Source: Octopus sinensis (taxonomy: Eukaryota). From it: a DNA stretch of 64,000 bases. The position numbers were made by a program, and so were the translations under genes. This document shows positions 50,872-64,000 of the stretch, piece by piece. Each line of letters begins with the position of its first letter. The stretch's first letter is position 1. The DNA lies in assembly GCF_006345805.1 (NCBI RefSeq), contig NC_043019.1, forward strand, positions 806,001 to 870,000, written 5' to 3'. The notes beneath the pieces are model-generated. The model was not told where the DNA came from. It saw nothing but the letters and a program-made list of their open reading frames with translations, and did no database searches.

Positions 50872-50960
50872 CATCCATCTATCTATCGATCTATCTATCT
50901 ATCGATCTATCTATCTATCCATCTATCTATCCATCTATGTATGTATGTATGTATCTATCT
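50494..50960. repeat. Long (CTAT)n/(CTGT)n array
   Basis: Directly visible; it accounts for the IYLS-repeat pseudo-ORFs. Confidence 0.95.
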
Positions 50961-51782
50961 ATCTATGGTATACCCTAACCACTAAGCCACGCACCTTAAC
51001 TTACACACACATATATACACATACTCATATGTGTGTTTGTGTGTGTCTGTGTGTGAGCGTGTGAGTGTGTGTTAAATTCTCTATTCTCCAGCATTCATCT
51101 ACAAACTATTTCCCCTTCTGTTTCTCACTTTATCTTTTTCTCTCCATGTCCATTTCAATGGCATTCACTCATCGCATCTTTTACGCATTTCTTCTGTCAA
51201 TATACAAGTTTCATAGCCTCCAGACGTTACACCAATGCGATCTCTTTTGCTATGTTATTTTCCTTTTAAATTTTTCTCACAACCATCGGAGCACGGATCA
51301 CTCCTCTCGAGGGCATAATCGTAAGAAGGTTGTGATCTGTAAAGAGTTTTGTATAGGAACCGGAATGAGAAGTATGAGCACGCAATATGCATATGCATAG
51401 CGATATCGCAAAAACGCAATGAGCATGTCAAAATAAACCATAAGAGAAGAATAAAACAAGTTAGATGATGGTCTGCATGCCAAGTCTGACGCCATTATCA
51501 CGAAGGCTTTCTGCAATTTTCCTGTTATTCATTTCTAAATCTCTTTATGCAGCTTTTTATATCAGTGTCTGTTTTCCCCGTAAACACACATTCGTCTTCT
51601 CTTCCCTTCGCGCCAGCCGCCTCTTCCTAACACACGCCTTCCTATCACAATCAATACAATTATTCCTGCACAGCTTCCTCCTCCCCACCTTATTATCCCA
51701 TGCCACCTTCGAAACATCTATTCGAACGAAAACCACAATAACAAAAACAACTGTTTCAATTGCATTAGCATATACATTCATT

Positions 51783-51817
<35 letters not shown>

Positions 51818-51859
51818 CACACACAACACATATTATATATAATTTATATATATATATAT

Positions 51860-51911
<52 letters not shown>

Positions 51912-52117
51912 TATATATATATAGTTAATCCAAACAAGAAAACACAAAAAAGACACAGCAACGCGAGGACCATGGAAACAAATAAGCATTATTGGACGCT
52001 CTTCGTCGGAAACATAGGAGAAGGAAAGATCCCGAGAAGGGAAGACAGAGGAAAAAAAATCGCTGGCGTACTCACGAGGTCACATATATATATACATACA
52101 TACATACATACATACAT

Positions 52118-52154
<37 letters not shown>

Positions 52155-53834
52155 TACATACACACACCACACACACACACACACACACAAAATATATATA
52201 TATATATATATATCATCTTAATTTTACGATGTCCCTAAGATGTTCGGGAGAAACTTATCCTCAAGATAATATTCTGATTCTAGATGGCTGTATCTATAAT
52301 AGAGGTAATTCTACAAAAGTCCTCCTACCTGGTGTTAAGCTGTAAATCGTGTAAATCTCTTAACCAATAACTAAAACAACAAAAAAAAGAAAGAAACGAG
52401 CCAGCAAACCTACCAAAACACAAGTCACCTGACATTCGGAAAATTTGTACGCTAACCGGGACTGATATGTTTTATTAACTCTGAGAGTCTAAAGACGATG
52501 CTGACATAGCAGAAATTTGGATTCAGAATGCAGAGATCCGTAAATATATCAGAAGAATTTGTCAGTTCGACACCAAAAGATAGACATCGAAATATTGTGC
52601 AAGATGTCTTTCTGACGTTTTCAACATTGGTACATGTTTAACTTTGAAACTAGTAAATGCATCTACTGTTGTAGTGCTTCAAACCATACCTTCAAGATGG
52701 ATCCCATTGTGTGTTAGCTGGGATATATGCCTTTGACCTTATCCAGTTTTACACTAAACCTTTACGAGTAAAGTAGGCTAATTCTTTCTTTCTCCGGTTT
52801 AAAATTACCACTTGGCCTTTGGGTAACTAGAACATTTTATTGTAAGTATTCGGTAGAGATATGCTGTCACTGAAAAATTTATTTTATTTCTTCTATCAGC
52901 CTTGGACGCTTGGGAAAAGATCAAGGGTCATCTTCATTTGCTTTCTCTGAATCATAAAAAAATGATTTCTTTATTATTACTAATATTTATATCATAAATC
53001 TTATATGACAATGAGTTTACATTTATCGACGTTTTTGAATTCATATTGAATAGAAAACTTTTTTAAGATCTCTAAATAATATTTATTGCTTAAAGAGATT
53101 ATTGAAATACGTATATTTTTTTATTGACAACGTATTTAATCCATTCATATTTAGAAGAGGACTTTTAAAACTTTTGTTCTGTCAAATATTGAAAACTAAA
53201 GGATTTAATGTTCCGATATTGATTCAAAAGTACAAAATGTCGACCTTCATTGACTGAACATATGGAAGACAGAACAGTGCTCATAAATTAGTATTTTGGA
53301 TTTTTTTTTACTTAAATGTTTTTCCAGACATAGTGGAACTAAGAAAACAATAACTATCATCTATGTATCAATCATTTATTTATTTATGTCTCTGGGTTGC
53401 GTCCATGGCGGGGCACTGCTCCTGAAAGGTTTTAGTCGAACAAATCGGTGTTTCCATTTTGAAGTCTGCAAGTTATTCTATCCATCAATTTAGGCGAACT
53501 AGTAAAGTTATAGGGATGTACACAAACACCAGAGTCAAGGTGCTGTGAGACAGATACAAATATATACATGCACAGACACTTTTATATCTTTATTTATGCG
53601 TATAGATACAAATAAAGATATATATCTGTGTATACATATGTATATATATACATACATATTTATGACACATAATCCCATCCGTTACGAGTATGAGCATAAC
53701 TGTTTATATATATATATATATATAATATATATATATATACATATCTATGACACACAATCCCATCGTTACGAGTATGAGCATAACTGTTTATATACATTTA
53801 TATTATATATACATAACTGCCAACATATTTCTTT

Positions 53835-54117
53835 TCCTCAACAGGCCCTGCCCTATTTAACATTGTCCCGAGGGAGATCAAACAGGAAAAGGATCCCATC
53901 AAATTAAACGGAGTCTGGATAGTTCCTTCAAAGAATACCAGATAAGCCACCCATAATTGGATAAACTCACCCAACAAGAAATCACTACCTGAACAAAACT
54001 TAACTTAACAAAAAATTGACTTAAACAGGCTTCTCGAATAATCCTGTCAGGTGGTGCTATTAAGTTAGACATTGGCCTGGACCAATCTTTGGTCGAAACA
54101 TATCTAAGTTATCTAAG

Positions 54118-54120
<3 letters not shown>
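53835..54120 (+). mobile_element. CR1-like LINE 3' end
   Basis: GPALFNIVPREIKQEKDPIK..SLD..LQRIPDKPP across frameshifts, a short 3'UTR and a (TATCTAAGT)-type tail repeat. Confidence 0.6.
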
Positions 54121-54194
<74 letters not shown>

Positions 54195-54990
54195 TGTATA
54201 TTATCTTTCGCTTCCGTCAGCCAGATACCCTCGCAACACTTTTTCCAGCAGGGGGCCATATTGGCAGGTGCTTTTCCGAGGTGCCATGCGGCGGAACTGA
54301 ACCGGAAACCATGTGGTTGAAAAGCAAACTGCTTACTACACAGCCGCACTTCCACCTATGTAGATTACTTCTTTCCTGGAAAAGAATATGACGTGATGGC
54401 TAGATGACTTAGCAGCAATAAGTTTCAGGTCCACTTAGTACATCGAATCTTTCTCACTTACTTTAATATTAATACACTTCAATTCAATATACTGTGGGAC
54501 GTCGGTAAACGTACTAAATTATAATTAACAAGCAATAACATTTCCGTTCTGTTTAAGATAATAAAATGGAGAAATCCTACGTAGATAAGAACTCATTAGC
54601 ATAGAAATATTTAATATTGATTCATGAACAACAAGAGAAACATAATATTTTAATATGTATTTACGAATTATTTGAAGAATCATGAATAAATTTTACCCGA
54701 ACGATATGATATTTAAAATATAATTTCGATGTAAATTATATTAATTGATTTTCTTTTTTAAATAGCAAAACTATCTTTTTTTGATTTCTTAATATCATAC
54801 TTTGAAAATTGCTTGAAATTACATTCTTTTGAGTTGTATCTAATTAGTGAGACATTTTTTCCACAGTTGGGATTCATAATTAATAAGCGACGGCTTACAG
54901 TTAACTTGGTTATTCATACGAACATAAATGCATTCAAACATAAGTAACTACTATATATATATATATATATAATATATATATATATATATA

Positions 54991-55050
<60 letters not shown>

Positions 55051-55220
55051 TGTATGTATGTATATATACGTGTGTGTATGTATATGTGTGTTTATATATT
55101 TCATATACATATTCATATATATATAATATATTTACATACATATATATATACATATATATGTATACACTCACTCACACACACACATGCATATAAATATATA
55201 TATATATAATATAATTATAG

Positions 55221-55264
<44 letters not shown>

Positions 55265-55368
55265 TGTTTATTCCTATTCGAACTGAAACCACAGCGAACA
55301 TCTTTTCTATCAGATAAACATCTACGTTACTGCCTCTTCGGATATGTTTAGATTCATATAGATGTCTA

Positions 55369-55428
<60 letters not shown>

Positions 55429-55647
55429 CAGCTTTAGGCCAATCAATAAGAGACATTCGAGATCTTTGGCAGATTTTATATGGCGACTGAAGGAGGCTAA
55501 TACGAAATACCACATTACTTGGTCTATAGACATGGAAAACCATACAGTGCAATTTCCAGGTGATGCCGTCTGTATATATATATATATAACAATCTATACA
55601 TACATACATACATACATACATAGATATACATATATTTGTGTGTGTGT

Positions 55648-56503
55648 ATGTATATTTAGGGCTAAAAACCACTATGTGGACAGCCATATGCTAGAAATAG
55701 ATCACATACGATCAAACTACAAAGAAAGAATGTTCTCTAGGGAAAATTCAGCGAACGCCAGAACATAGGCGAGCAAGAGAGATGAAAATTATATAAAAAT
55801 CAAGAATTAATCGTATACCGGTTTCGTCTATCAACGAATGAATTACTTACGTAATCCTTCGTCCGTAGAACTCGTCAGTACGATCGTTCCAAAAGTAATA
55901 TAATTTGTAAAACTAACCACCAGTTTTCTATATAAAATCAGACACGTGCTTAGTTCTACCGATTACATTGGGGTTAATTTCAAATGTCTGAGTTCTGGCG
56001 CGCTAAATTCCGGAAACAAACTCTGCAGCAAATAATGTACTGCAGTTAATGCCGCCTATTAGAGAAAATAATTATTTCAACATTTAAATAATTAGGGATA
56101 TAAATTAAATATAAATTTAATTAAAATCAATTTAAAACCAGTAGCCTAGCATATAAAAATCTGAAAAAATCAGAGAAAATTCCAATACATGTATATATTT
56201 AGGGCTAAAAACCACTATGTGGACAGCCATATGCTAGAAATAGATCACATACGATCAAACTGCAAAGAAAGAATGTTCTTCAGAGAAAATTCAGCGACCA
56301 CCAGAACATAGGCGGGCAAGACAGATGAAAATTATATAAAAATCAAGAATTATTCGTATACCGGTTTCGTCTATGAACGAATAAATTGCTTTGATTTTTA
56401 TATAGTTTTCATCTGTCTTGCCCGCCTATGTTCTGGTGTTCGCTGAATTTTCTCTAGAGAACATTCTTTCATTGTAGTTTGATCGTATGTGATCTATTTC
56501 TAG
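55648..56503. repeat. About 200-bp unit present twice in direct orientation (55648-55845, 56189-56386) plus an inverted partial copy (56390-56503)
   Basis: Direct sequence comparison. Confidence 0.9.
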
Positions 56504-56569
56504 AGACGATATGGTAGACTTAACTACAGGGAAGTAGTAGAGTTCAATATAAGAACTTATTTGAAAAAT

Positions 56570-56972
56570 GTATGGAGTGGCTGTGTGGTAAGTAGCTTGC
56601 TAACCAACCACATGGTTACGGGTTCAGTCCCACTGCGTGGCATCTTGGGCAAGTGTCTTCTACTATAGCCACGGGCCGACCAATGCCTTGTGAGTGGATT
56701 TGATAGACGGAAACTGAAAGAAGCCTGTCGTATATGTATATATATATAAGTGTGTGTATATGTTGTGGGTCTGTGTTGTCCCCCTAGCATTGCTTGACAA
56801 CCGATGCTGGTGTGTTTACGTCCCCGTCACTTAGCGGTTCGGCAAAAGAGAGACGATAGAATAAGTACTGGGCTTACAAAGAATACGTCCTGGGGTCGAT
56901 TTGCTCGACTAAAGGCGGTGCTACAGTATGGCCGCAGTCAAATGACTGAAACAAGTAAAAGAGTAAAAGAGT
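56570..56972 (+). mobile_element. SINE family A
   Basis: Same as 2297-2700. Confidence 0.9.
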
Positions 56973-57924
56973 ATATAGTAACTATAAAGGGAAATAAGAG
57001 AATAAATATATGTAGGATTTTACAGTTGCAGTTCAGTTATTCAAGATACATGCTGTGTAGAATGGGCAGAAATGCTTCTTGTCTACGGTATGTAGATTTC
57101 GATAGGAATTCGTATTTTTTTTTATTATGAGTTGAAAGTATAGAGACATAAATTCCATGTGCTCTACATTCAAAAGGGTGTTGTGGTGTGAACGAAATTT
57201 TGTGGGTGTACTGGTAGGAGTAAGTAGATAGAGAGAAGAGAATAGATGTGTATGTTAGGAGGAGAAAGGCATTAGTCAAAAGGAATATGGGAGGAAAGAA
57301 GAATGAAAGAAGAAAAATATAAACAAGAAGTGCTGGTTGGAGGTGAAGATATTGTGAGGGAGTGGGAGAGGAGAGTTATCAGGATAACAGGAAGAGGGGA
57401 GGTATAGAAGGAAGCGATAAGAATGTTAGGAAGGAATATGGTATGTGTGAGAAATAAGAGTTGGGGTGATATGTTTGAAAAGCACGAAGGTGTGGAGATA
57501 GGTGAAGAAATGGTAAAGTGGAGGGGTGTAAGAATGTTTTGCGTGTCTGATTTAAGTCATAGCAGGATTACAATCTATGTACAGGTGATCAAGTTAATGA
57601 GAACAATTAATCGAAGTTATTACACGTAATCAAGATGCAGCCATCACAAAAACATTCACGCAAAAACACACAGAATTACACACACACACTCACATATATG
57701 CACATATACATATACATGTACGTACACACACAGATAAATAACATATATATTTACATGTGTATGTATACATATATATATATATACTGACACGCACACATAG
57801 AGACGCACTCACTCACACGCATACACGCACACAGAAATATAAACACACATATACGTAATATATATATATATATATGTATATATTATATATATGTATATAT
57901 ATATATATATGTATATATACATAC

Positions 57925-57955
<31 letters not shown>

Positions 57956-58138
57956 CCAAGAAAGTAATTAAATTGATTTAAATTTCCTGTTTATCTAGAG
58001 AATAAAAATCCTAACTGTACTTATTAGCGATTCTCAAGTAAAATAAAGTAATCTGTAGAAACCTGTCCAGATGCTCTCAAATACACACTTACACATGTGA
58101 ATATATACCCATATACAACGTGTTTGTCGGGCTGTGTG

Positions 58139-58204
<66 letters not shown>

Positions 58205-58439
58205 GCGTGTTTGTGTGTTTGGTGTGTGTTGTGTCTGTGTGTGTGTGTTTGTGTGTCTGTGTGTGTTTCTCTCTCCGTGTGCTTATATAGGATATATGTG
58301 GACGTGTACAGCTTGGTGGTGGGGAAACTTCACTGAAGTTCGTAAGGATATTTAATAATTAAGGAAATGACTAATTACATTTCTCCATCCCTAACAATAA
58401 AGAAATGATTAATTGAATATGAATATTAATAAAACTGAT

Positions 58440-60590
58440 GAAAACAATAATCACCAAAATAATAATTTCGATTCCTGTCAACGACGATGCGTAGTGTTCT
58501 CTAACAAAATGCTTGATATTAAATTCATGGATATTAACCTAGATCTCAAAGGTACTCCAGCATGGCCGCAATCACATGACTGAAACTAGAAAAAGAATTA
58601 AAGAATAAAAAATAATAAGCAAAAATTGCAACCATTCTAGAAGCATTTCAGAAAAATTAGAAAATATCTCTAGAAGAATTCCCAAACTCTCTGTAGACGA
58701 GGAGACAGTTAGTCAAAATGTAGGTCACTATAACTTAGCTCTGAGTAAAGCCGGGTACAAACGAATGTTAAAATTCTGTAGACCAAGCAATTTGCCTAAC
58801 AAGATTCATAAAGATGATATTAACCATGACAACACAATATATAAAAAGGCAGGGTTTTAGGGGATAAAATTGTTTGTAAAATGGATAAGAATAAGGCAAG
58901 TGACGATACGACTCAGATAGAAAATAAATAAAATAAATAAAATATGATAGGCGCAGGAGTGGCTGTGTGGTAAGTAGTTTGCTAACCAACCACATGGTTA
59001 CGGGTTCAGTCCCACTGCGTGGCATCTTGGGCAAGTGTCTTCTGCTATAGCCCCGGGCCGACCAATGCCTTGTGAGTGGATTTGGTAGACGGAAACTGAA
59101 AGAAGTCTGTCGTATATATGTATATATATATATATGTGTGTGTGTTGTGTTGCCCCCCTAGCATTGCTTGACAACCGATGCTGGTGTGTTTACGTCCCCG
59201 TCACTTAGCGGTTCGGCAAAAGAGACCGATAGAATAAGTACTGGGCTTACAATGAATAATTGCTGGGGTCGATTTGCTCGACTAAAGGCGGTGCTCCAGT
59301 ATGGCCGCAGTCAAATGACTGAAACAAGTAAAAGAGAGTAAAAGAGTAAAGAGATTAAAAGGAAGTTCGACATAAAACACTATAATAAACCAAACTAGAG
59401 TATAAAACAGCAGCAGTAAAGTTAAATAAAATAAAATATAAATGAATTTAATAAAATGAGAAACTAGACAAAAATATTAATAAATCATATAAAAAATATA
59501 CCCCATGCATAAATAGCAATGACAAAAATGGATCCAAAGAATGGTTCATAACATTCACGTAGGAAAATAGCACTAATTTAGTGAATTTTTTCTATTCGTC
59601 GGTTTCGGGACATTTCTCGGTAAACAGCATTTACTATAGAATATTTAAGTCGTACGAGGTGAGGGTGGAATTTTGTAATTTCAAAAAATGTAACACAAAT
59701 ATTTGCTACACAAAATGCTAAAATATTAAATAGCTTCCACGACAACGAGAGTAGGAAGAATCAAAATAAATTGCAAACGACCAAAATGCTGATAGAATCA
59801 ACGATAATATGGGCTATTTGGAAAATCAAGGAAGGGAAATAACTCGAAGAAATTCCCTACTAAGATCTAAACCAATAAAGATACTCTCTAAGAAATAAAA
59901 AAAAAAACACATTTGATAATATTAACAACGTAAATGGTAATACAAAGAATGGAAGCAATGATAATTACAATAAAACCAACGAGAATAAGACGAGAATAAT
60001 AAAGGTATTAAGAAAGATAATATTAACAATAATAATGAAAATGTTAACGGAAGCATTATACACAACAACGTTAATAATCTGGGACTAACGAAAAATACTC
60101 CAAACCTAGAAAAAAAAAGAATATTCTCTGAAAGTATAAGATATAAACACGACAATAATAATAAGAAAACAGAAACTGTTCGAAAACATAGAACCTGTGA
60201 TCGTTCCAATGGAAGGCGATATCCACTCGATTCTAAACATAGGGTAAAAGAAGCTATATATAGATGCAAGGTTACATAAGAAGGGCAAATATATTATTAT
60301 ATAGGCGCTACGGGAAATTATATAAAAATAAGGATAGCTAATCACGAAAATACATTTATGGATAATCACAAAGAAACGAACACAAACCTAAGCAAACTAA
60401 TTTTGTCGATTATAGATAAAAATAAGGACTATACACTTACGTGGGAAATAATTAGCTGGGGAAAATTAGAGGGAGAAAATGATGGGAACTTTGTGTTGAA
60501 GAAATTTAATAAATTATCGCATCAAAACGTAAGCTTATTAACCATAAACCGGAAAGAGATTTAAGTTGTGTCCATAAAGCTAAACATATG
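58440..60590 (+). mobile_element. Degenerate Penelope-like element (RT C-terminus, linker, GIY-YIG) split by a SINE
   Basis: IKFMDINLDL; NISRRIPKLS...HYNLALSKAGY; GHFSVNSIYYRIFK..EVRV; Asn-rich spacer; EAIYRCKVT*EGQIYYYIGATGNYIKIRIANHENTF...TNLSKLI...TLTWEII. Confidence 0.8.
58950..59353 (+). mobile_element. SINE family A inserted in the Penelope relic
   Basis: Full copy. Confidence 0.9.
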
Positions 60591-61415
60591 TATAATAGTT
60601 ACAAATAAATATATAATAGTAATAGTAAAAAAAACTCAGGCATAGAGAATAGAGGAAACATGAATGGAATATAGTATATGCTGGAAATATAAAACAGAGG
60701 TTAATCTAATAAGAAAAGGAATTATCCAATATAACTGAATAATAAATATTATAGAGAGATAATATGTTACCTATATGATAAAATATGATACCAATACGAG
60801 AGTAACAAACTAGGTATTCCAATATAAAATACAAACTAGGTATTCCAATATGAAATTAAATATTCAACAGCAACAGAGATATACGTATCTAGATTACTAA
60901 TTTTAAAATGTATTAATATTAATATCAATAATACTAATACGAGCAAAACATATAGGCAGACGTGGGGGTGGGCAGTACAAATAGTTGTAACAGACTATAT
61001 TGGGTGGCAGCACAATATATGAGAGTAAAAGAAATATGTTAAGGGTCATATACTAGACTATCACATCAAAACCTAAATTAATGAGCAATAGGCAAGTAGG
61101 GGTCCTGAACCCTGTCCGTAAAATTAAAGATATGCATGATAGATACAAAAACTGAAGAATAACAAGATTATATAAACTTGTGGTAGGGATATATAAGAAG
61201 TAAAAACTTAAGGTTGATATAATAAAATGTTAAATAGATATATTGGGGGATAAAAATAATATGATACCAATAAATCAGTTGTCCGCAATATAAAGCAGAT
61301 ATATGAACAAATAAAATGAACCTGCTTATCAATTAAGATATCAATATTTACAAATAATATCGATACTAGTAACAATAGTATAAATAATAGCAGTGACGAT
61401 ATGTATATATATATA

Positions 61416-61825
61416 GGCGTAGGAGTGGCTGTGTGTTAAGTAGTTTGCTTACAAACCACATGGTTCCGGGTTCAGTCCCACTGCGTGGCACCTTGGGCAA
61501 GTATCTTCTACTATACTACTATAGCCTCGGGCCTTGTGAGTGGGTTTGGTAGGCGGAAACTGAAAGAAGCCCGTCGTATATATGTATATATATATATATG
61601 TGAGTGTGTGTGTGTGTGTGTGAGTGTGTGTGTGTTTGTGTGTCTGTGTTTGTCCCCCCAAAACGTGTTTACGTCCCCGAAACTTAGCGGTTCGGTAAAA
61701 GAGACCGATAGAATAAGTACTAGGCTAACGAAGAATAAGTCCTGGGGTCGATTTGCTCGACTAAAGGCGGTGCTCCAGCATGGCCACAGTCAAATGACTG
61801 AAACAAGTAAAAGAGTGTAAAGAGA
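61416..61825 (+). mobile_element. SINE family A
   Basis: Full, moderately diverged copy. Confidence 0.88.
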
Positions 61826-61828
61826 GTA

Positions 61829-61861
<33 letters not shown>

Positions 61862-61874
61862 ATAATCTTTTCTC

Positions 61875-62105
61875 CCTTTTTCTCCCTTTTATTTGTTTCA
61901 GTCATTTGACTGCGGCCATGCTGGAGCACCGCCTTTTAGTCGAGCAAATCGACCTGGGACTTATTCATTTTAAGCCCAGTACTTATTCTCTCGGTCTCTT
62001 TTGCCGAACCGCGCAAGTGGACGGGGACATAAACACACCAGCATCGGTTGACAAGCAATGCTGGGGGACAAACACCAGACACACAAAAAACACACGCACA
62101 CACAC

Positions 62106-62149
<44 letters not shown>

Positions 62150-62306
62150 ACAGGCTTCTTTCAGTTTCCGTCTACCAAATCCACTCACAAGGCATGGTCG
62201 GCCCGGGGCTATAGCAGAAGACACTTGCCCAAGATGCCACGCAGTGGGACTGAACCCGGAACCATGTGGTTGGTTAGCAAGCTACTTACACCACAGCCCT
62301 CCTGCG

Positions 62307-62308
<2 letters not shown>
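61875..62308 (-). mobile_element. SINE family A, tail-to-tail with the previous copy
   Basis: Reverse-complement full copy about 50 bp downstream. Confidence 0.88.
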
Positions 62309-62372
<64 letters not shown>

Positions 62373-62936
62373 TATATATCAATAACAGAAGAACAAATAC
62401 ATTGAAGTACCTACTAATATTAATATATTAAAATATGTATAATGAAAACACAGCCAGACAGCGTAAGTGCCTGATACACGAAAAGTATAAAATTACGAAG
62501 CCCCTTGACTACCCTGGAAAAAACACCGATCAATGTGTTTATCAAATAAACCAGAAAAAAACGGAGAATAACAACATGACCTTGATTTGGCAAATAGATT
62601 CCTCCCTTGACCAGTAGGGTCAAAACGCCAGCGTTGAAATGTTTTTAGAACTACATCTACCACGCGGTTGAATAATGGAACACAAGTTTTCCCATTCAGT
62701 TGCAATAATCCTCCATTGGAGAAAAACGGAAATTAGCAGTTAAAATGCCTAGAAGTCATTATCTAATTGTTACATCATATCACATTTGAAAATGCAAGTA
62801 TGGACGCTAACAAATGGCCGAAACGACCCATAGGTAAAAAGAAGACCTTAATATGATTGCACAATGATTAAAAAGTGAATGTTCTATGCGTATTCTGTTT
62901 TTTCTTAATCTATTATATGCGTGTGTGTCTACGTAC

Positions 62937-62994
<58 letters not shown>

Positions 62995-63219
62995 GAAATA
63001 TTCAAATTACTAAGTCTCTCTAAAAGAGAACAACGGCAGCGTTCCCGGAAAATAATAGTTATCGCCATACTAATATGGCATTCTTATAAAAATAAGAATA
63101 AGCTGTCCGCTTATTAGCTCCATGAGGCCATCGCCTTAAGTTAGCTATTTGATACACAAACTGTATCCATATAACCTTCGAACAAGGGAGGTCAGTCGCT
63201 CCACACTACTTGACCGGCA

Positions 63220-63261
63220 GCTACAGACGCGTTTCGGGGTATTGCCCCTTTTCAATGTAGC
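63220..63261 (-). ncRNA. Minimal type I hammerhead ribozyme, U3-A8 variant, structurally intact
   Basis: Reverse complement reads gctaca TTGAAAA gggg-caata-cccc GAA ACGCGT C tgtagc: 6-bp stem I, 4-bp stem II, palindromic stem III and a GUC cleavage triplet. Confidence 0.8.
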
Positions 63262-63580
63262 GTAGCCAGACCAGTAGGTGTCGCTTCTGACAATCTCTGT
63301 TCGAAGGTTTTATTTACCTAGCTTCGGTGGAATACATCCACCTGTTTTCAATAATAGAAATATTAAAATTACTAAGTCTCTCTAAAAGAGAACAACGGCA
63401 GCGTTCCCGGAAAATAATAGTTATCGCCATACTAATATGGCATTCTTATAAAAATAAGAATAAAGCTGTCCGCTTATTAGCCCCATGAGGCCATCGCCTT
63501 AAGTTAGCTATTTGATACACAAACTGTATCCATATAACCTTCGAACAAGGGAGGTCAGTCGCTCCACACTACTTGACCGG

Positions 63581-63620
63581 CATCTACAGACGCGTATCGG
63601 GGTATTGCCCCTTTTCAATG
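63581..63620 (-). ncRNA. Second, damaged copy of the U3-A8 hammerhead
   Basis: GAAAC is mutated to GATAC, and the stem I 5' strand is cut by the inversion junction at 63620/63621. Confidence 0.6.
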
Positions 63621-63784
63621 TTCGAAGGTTATATGGATACAGTTTGTGTATCAAATAGCTAACTTAAGGCGATGGCCTCATGGAGCTAATAAGCGGACAG
63701 CTTTATTCTTATTTTTATAAGAATGCCATATTAGTATGGCGATAACTATTATATAATATATATATAGTATATATATATATATAC

Positions 63785-63873
<89 letters not shown>

Positions 63874-63944
63874 GTTATATATATATGTTATATATATATG
63901 TATATATATATATGTATGCATATATATGTATATATATAGTATAT

Positions 63945-63999
<55 letters not shown>

Positions 64000-64000
64000 G

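Larger units (their letters stand above)
49935..51270. repeat. Diverged inverted duplication of about 290-300 bp
   Basis: 49935-50220 is approximately the reverse complement of 50966-51270. ORF-track peptides 49935(-) and 51069(+) share LNSLFSSIHLQTISPSVSHF...AMLFS. Confidence 0.9.
62991..63752 (-). mobile_element. Penelope-type pseudo-LTR cluster: 362-bp unit, partial tandem copy and inverted copy
   Basis: Unit 1 spans 62991-63352 and unit 2 spans 63353-63620. 63621-63752 is the reverse complement of about 63052-63182. Each direct unit carries an HHR motif on the minus strand. Confidence 0.8.

Noticed and set aside
53656-53795. About 55-bp direct duplication separated by (TA)n
   Set aside because: Ordinary local slippage duplication with no further structure.
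62435-62760. Segment with CVYQ and TTRLNN, vaguely GIY-YIG-like
   Set aside because: Motif spacing and the YIG half could not be recovered in any frame.

Overview
Eukaryotic, AT-rich, microsatellite-saturated DNA. The SINE families, (TA)n/(CA)n/(CTAT)n density and LINE types suggest an octopus or other coleoid cephalopod genome; this is an inference. No host protein-coding gene can be supported, and almost all ORF-track entries are microsatellite or SINE read-throughs. The window is a transposon graveyard. It holds a 5'-truncated R4/Dong-like RT+REL LINE nested with a second copy in (TAA)n, and at least three Penelope-like (RT/GIY-YIG) relics. It also holds two decayed RepHel Helitrons plus a non-autonomous one, mariner, Tigger-like, RTE, CR1-like and Tx1/L1-like fragments, and more than 25 copies of three tRNA-derived SINE families. 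The most interesting signal lies outside the ORF track: minimal type I hammerhead ribozyme (HHR) motifs of the Penelope type, in three versions of the core 3-8 base pair (C3-G8 at 41.8 kb, U3-A8 at 63.2 kb, G3-C8 at 5.5 and 34.9 kb). Each has a palindromic stem III, and several sit at the turning point of direct-plus-inverted repeat units. Also notable are a Tx1-like element bracketed by (CTAT)n, a permuted SINE multimer with a recurrent junction, SINE head/tail swapping and many long fold-backs. All alignments and folds were done by eye.
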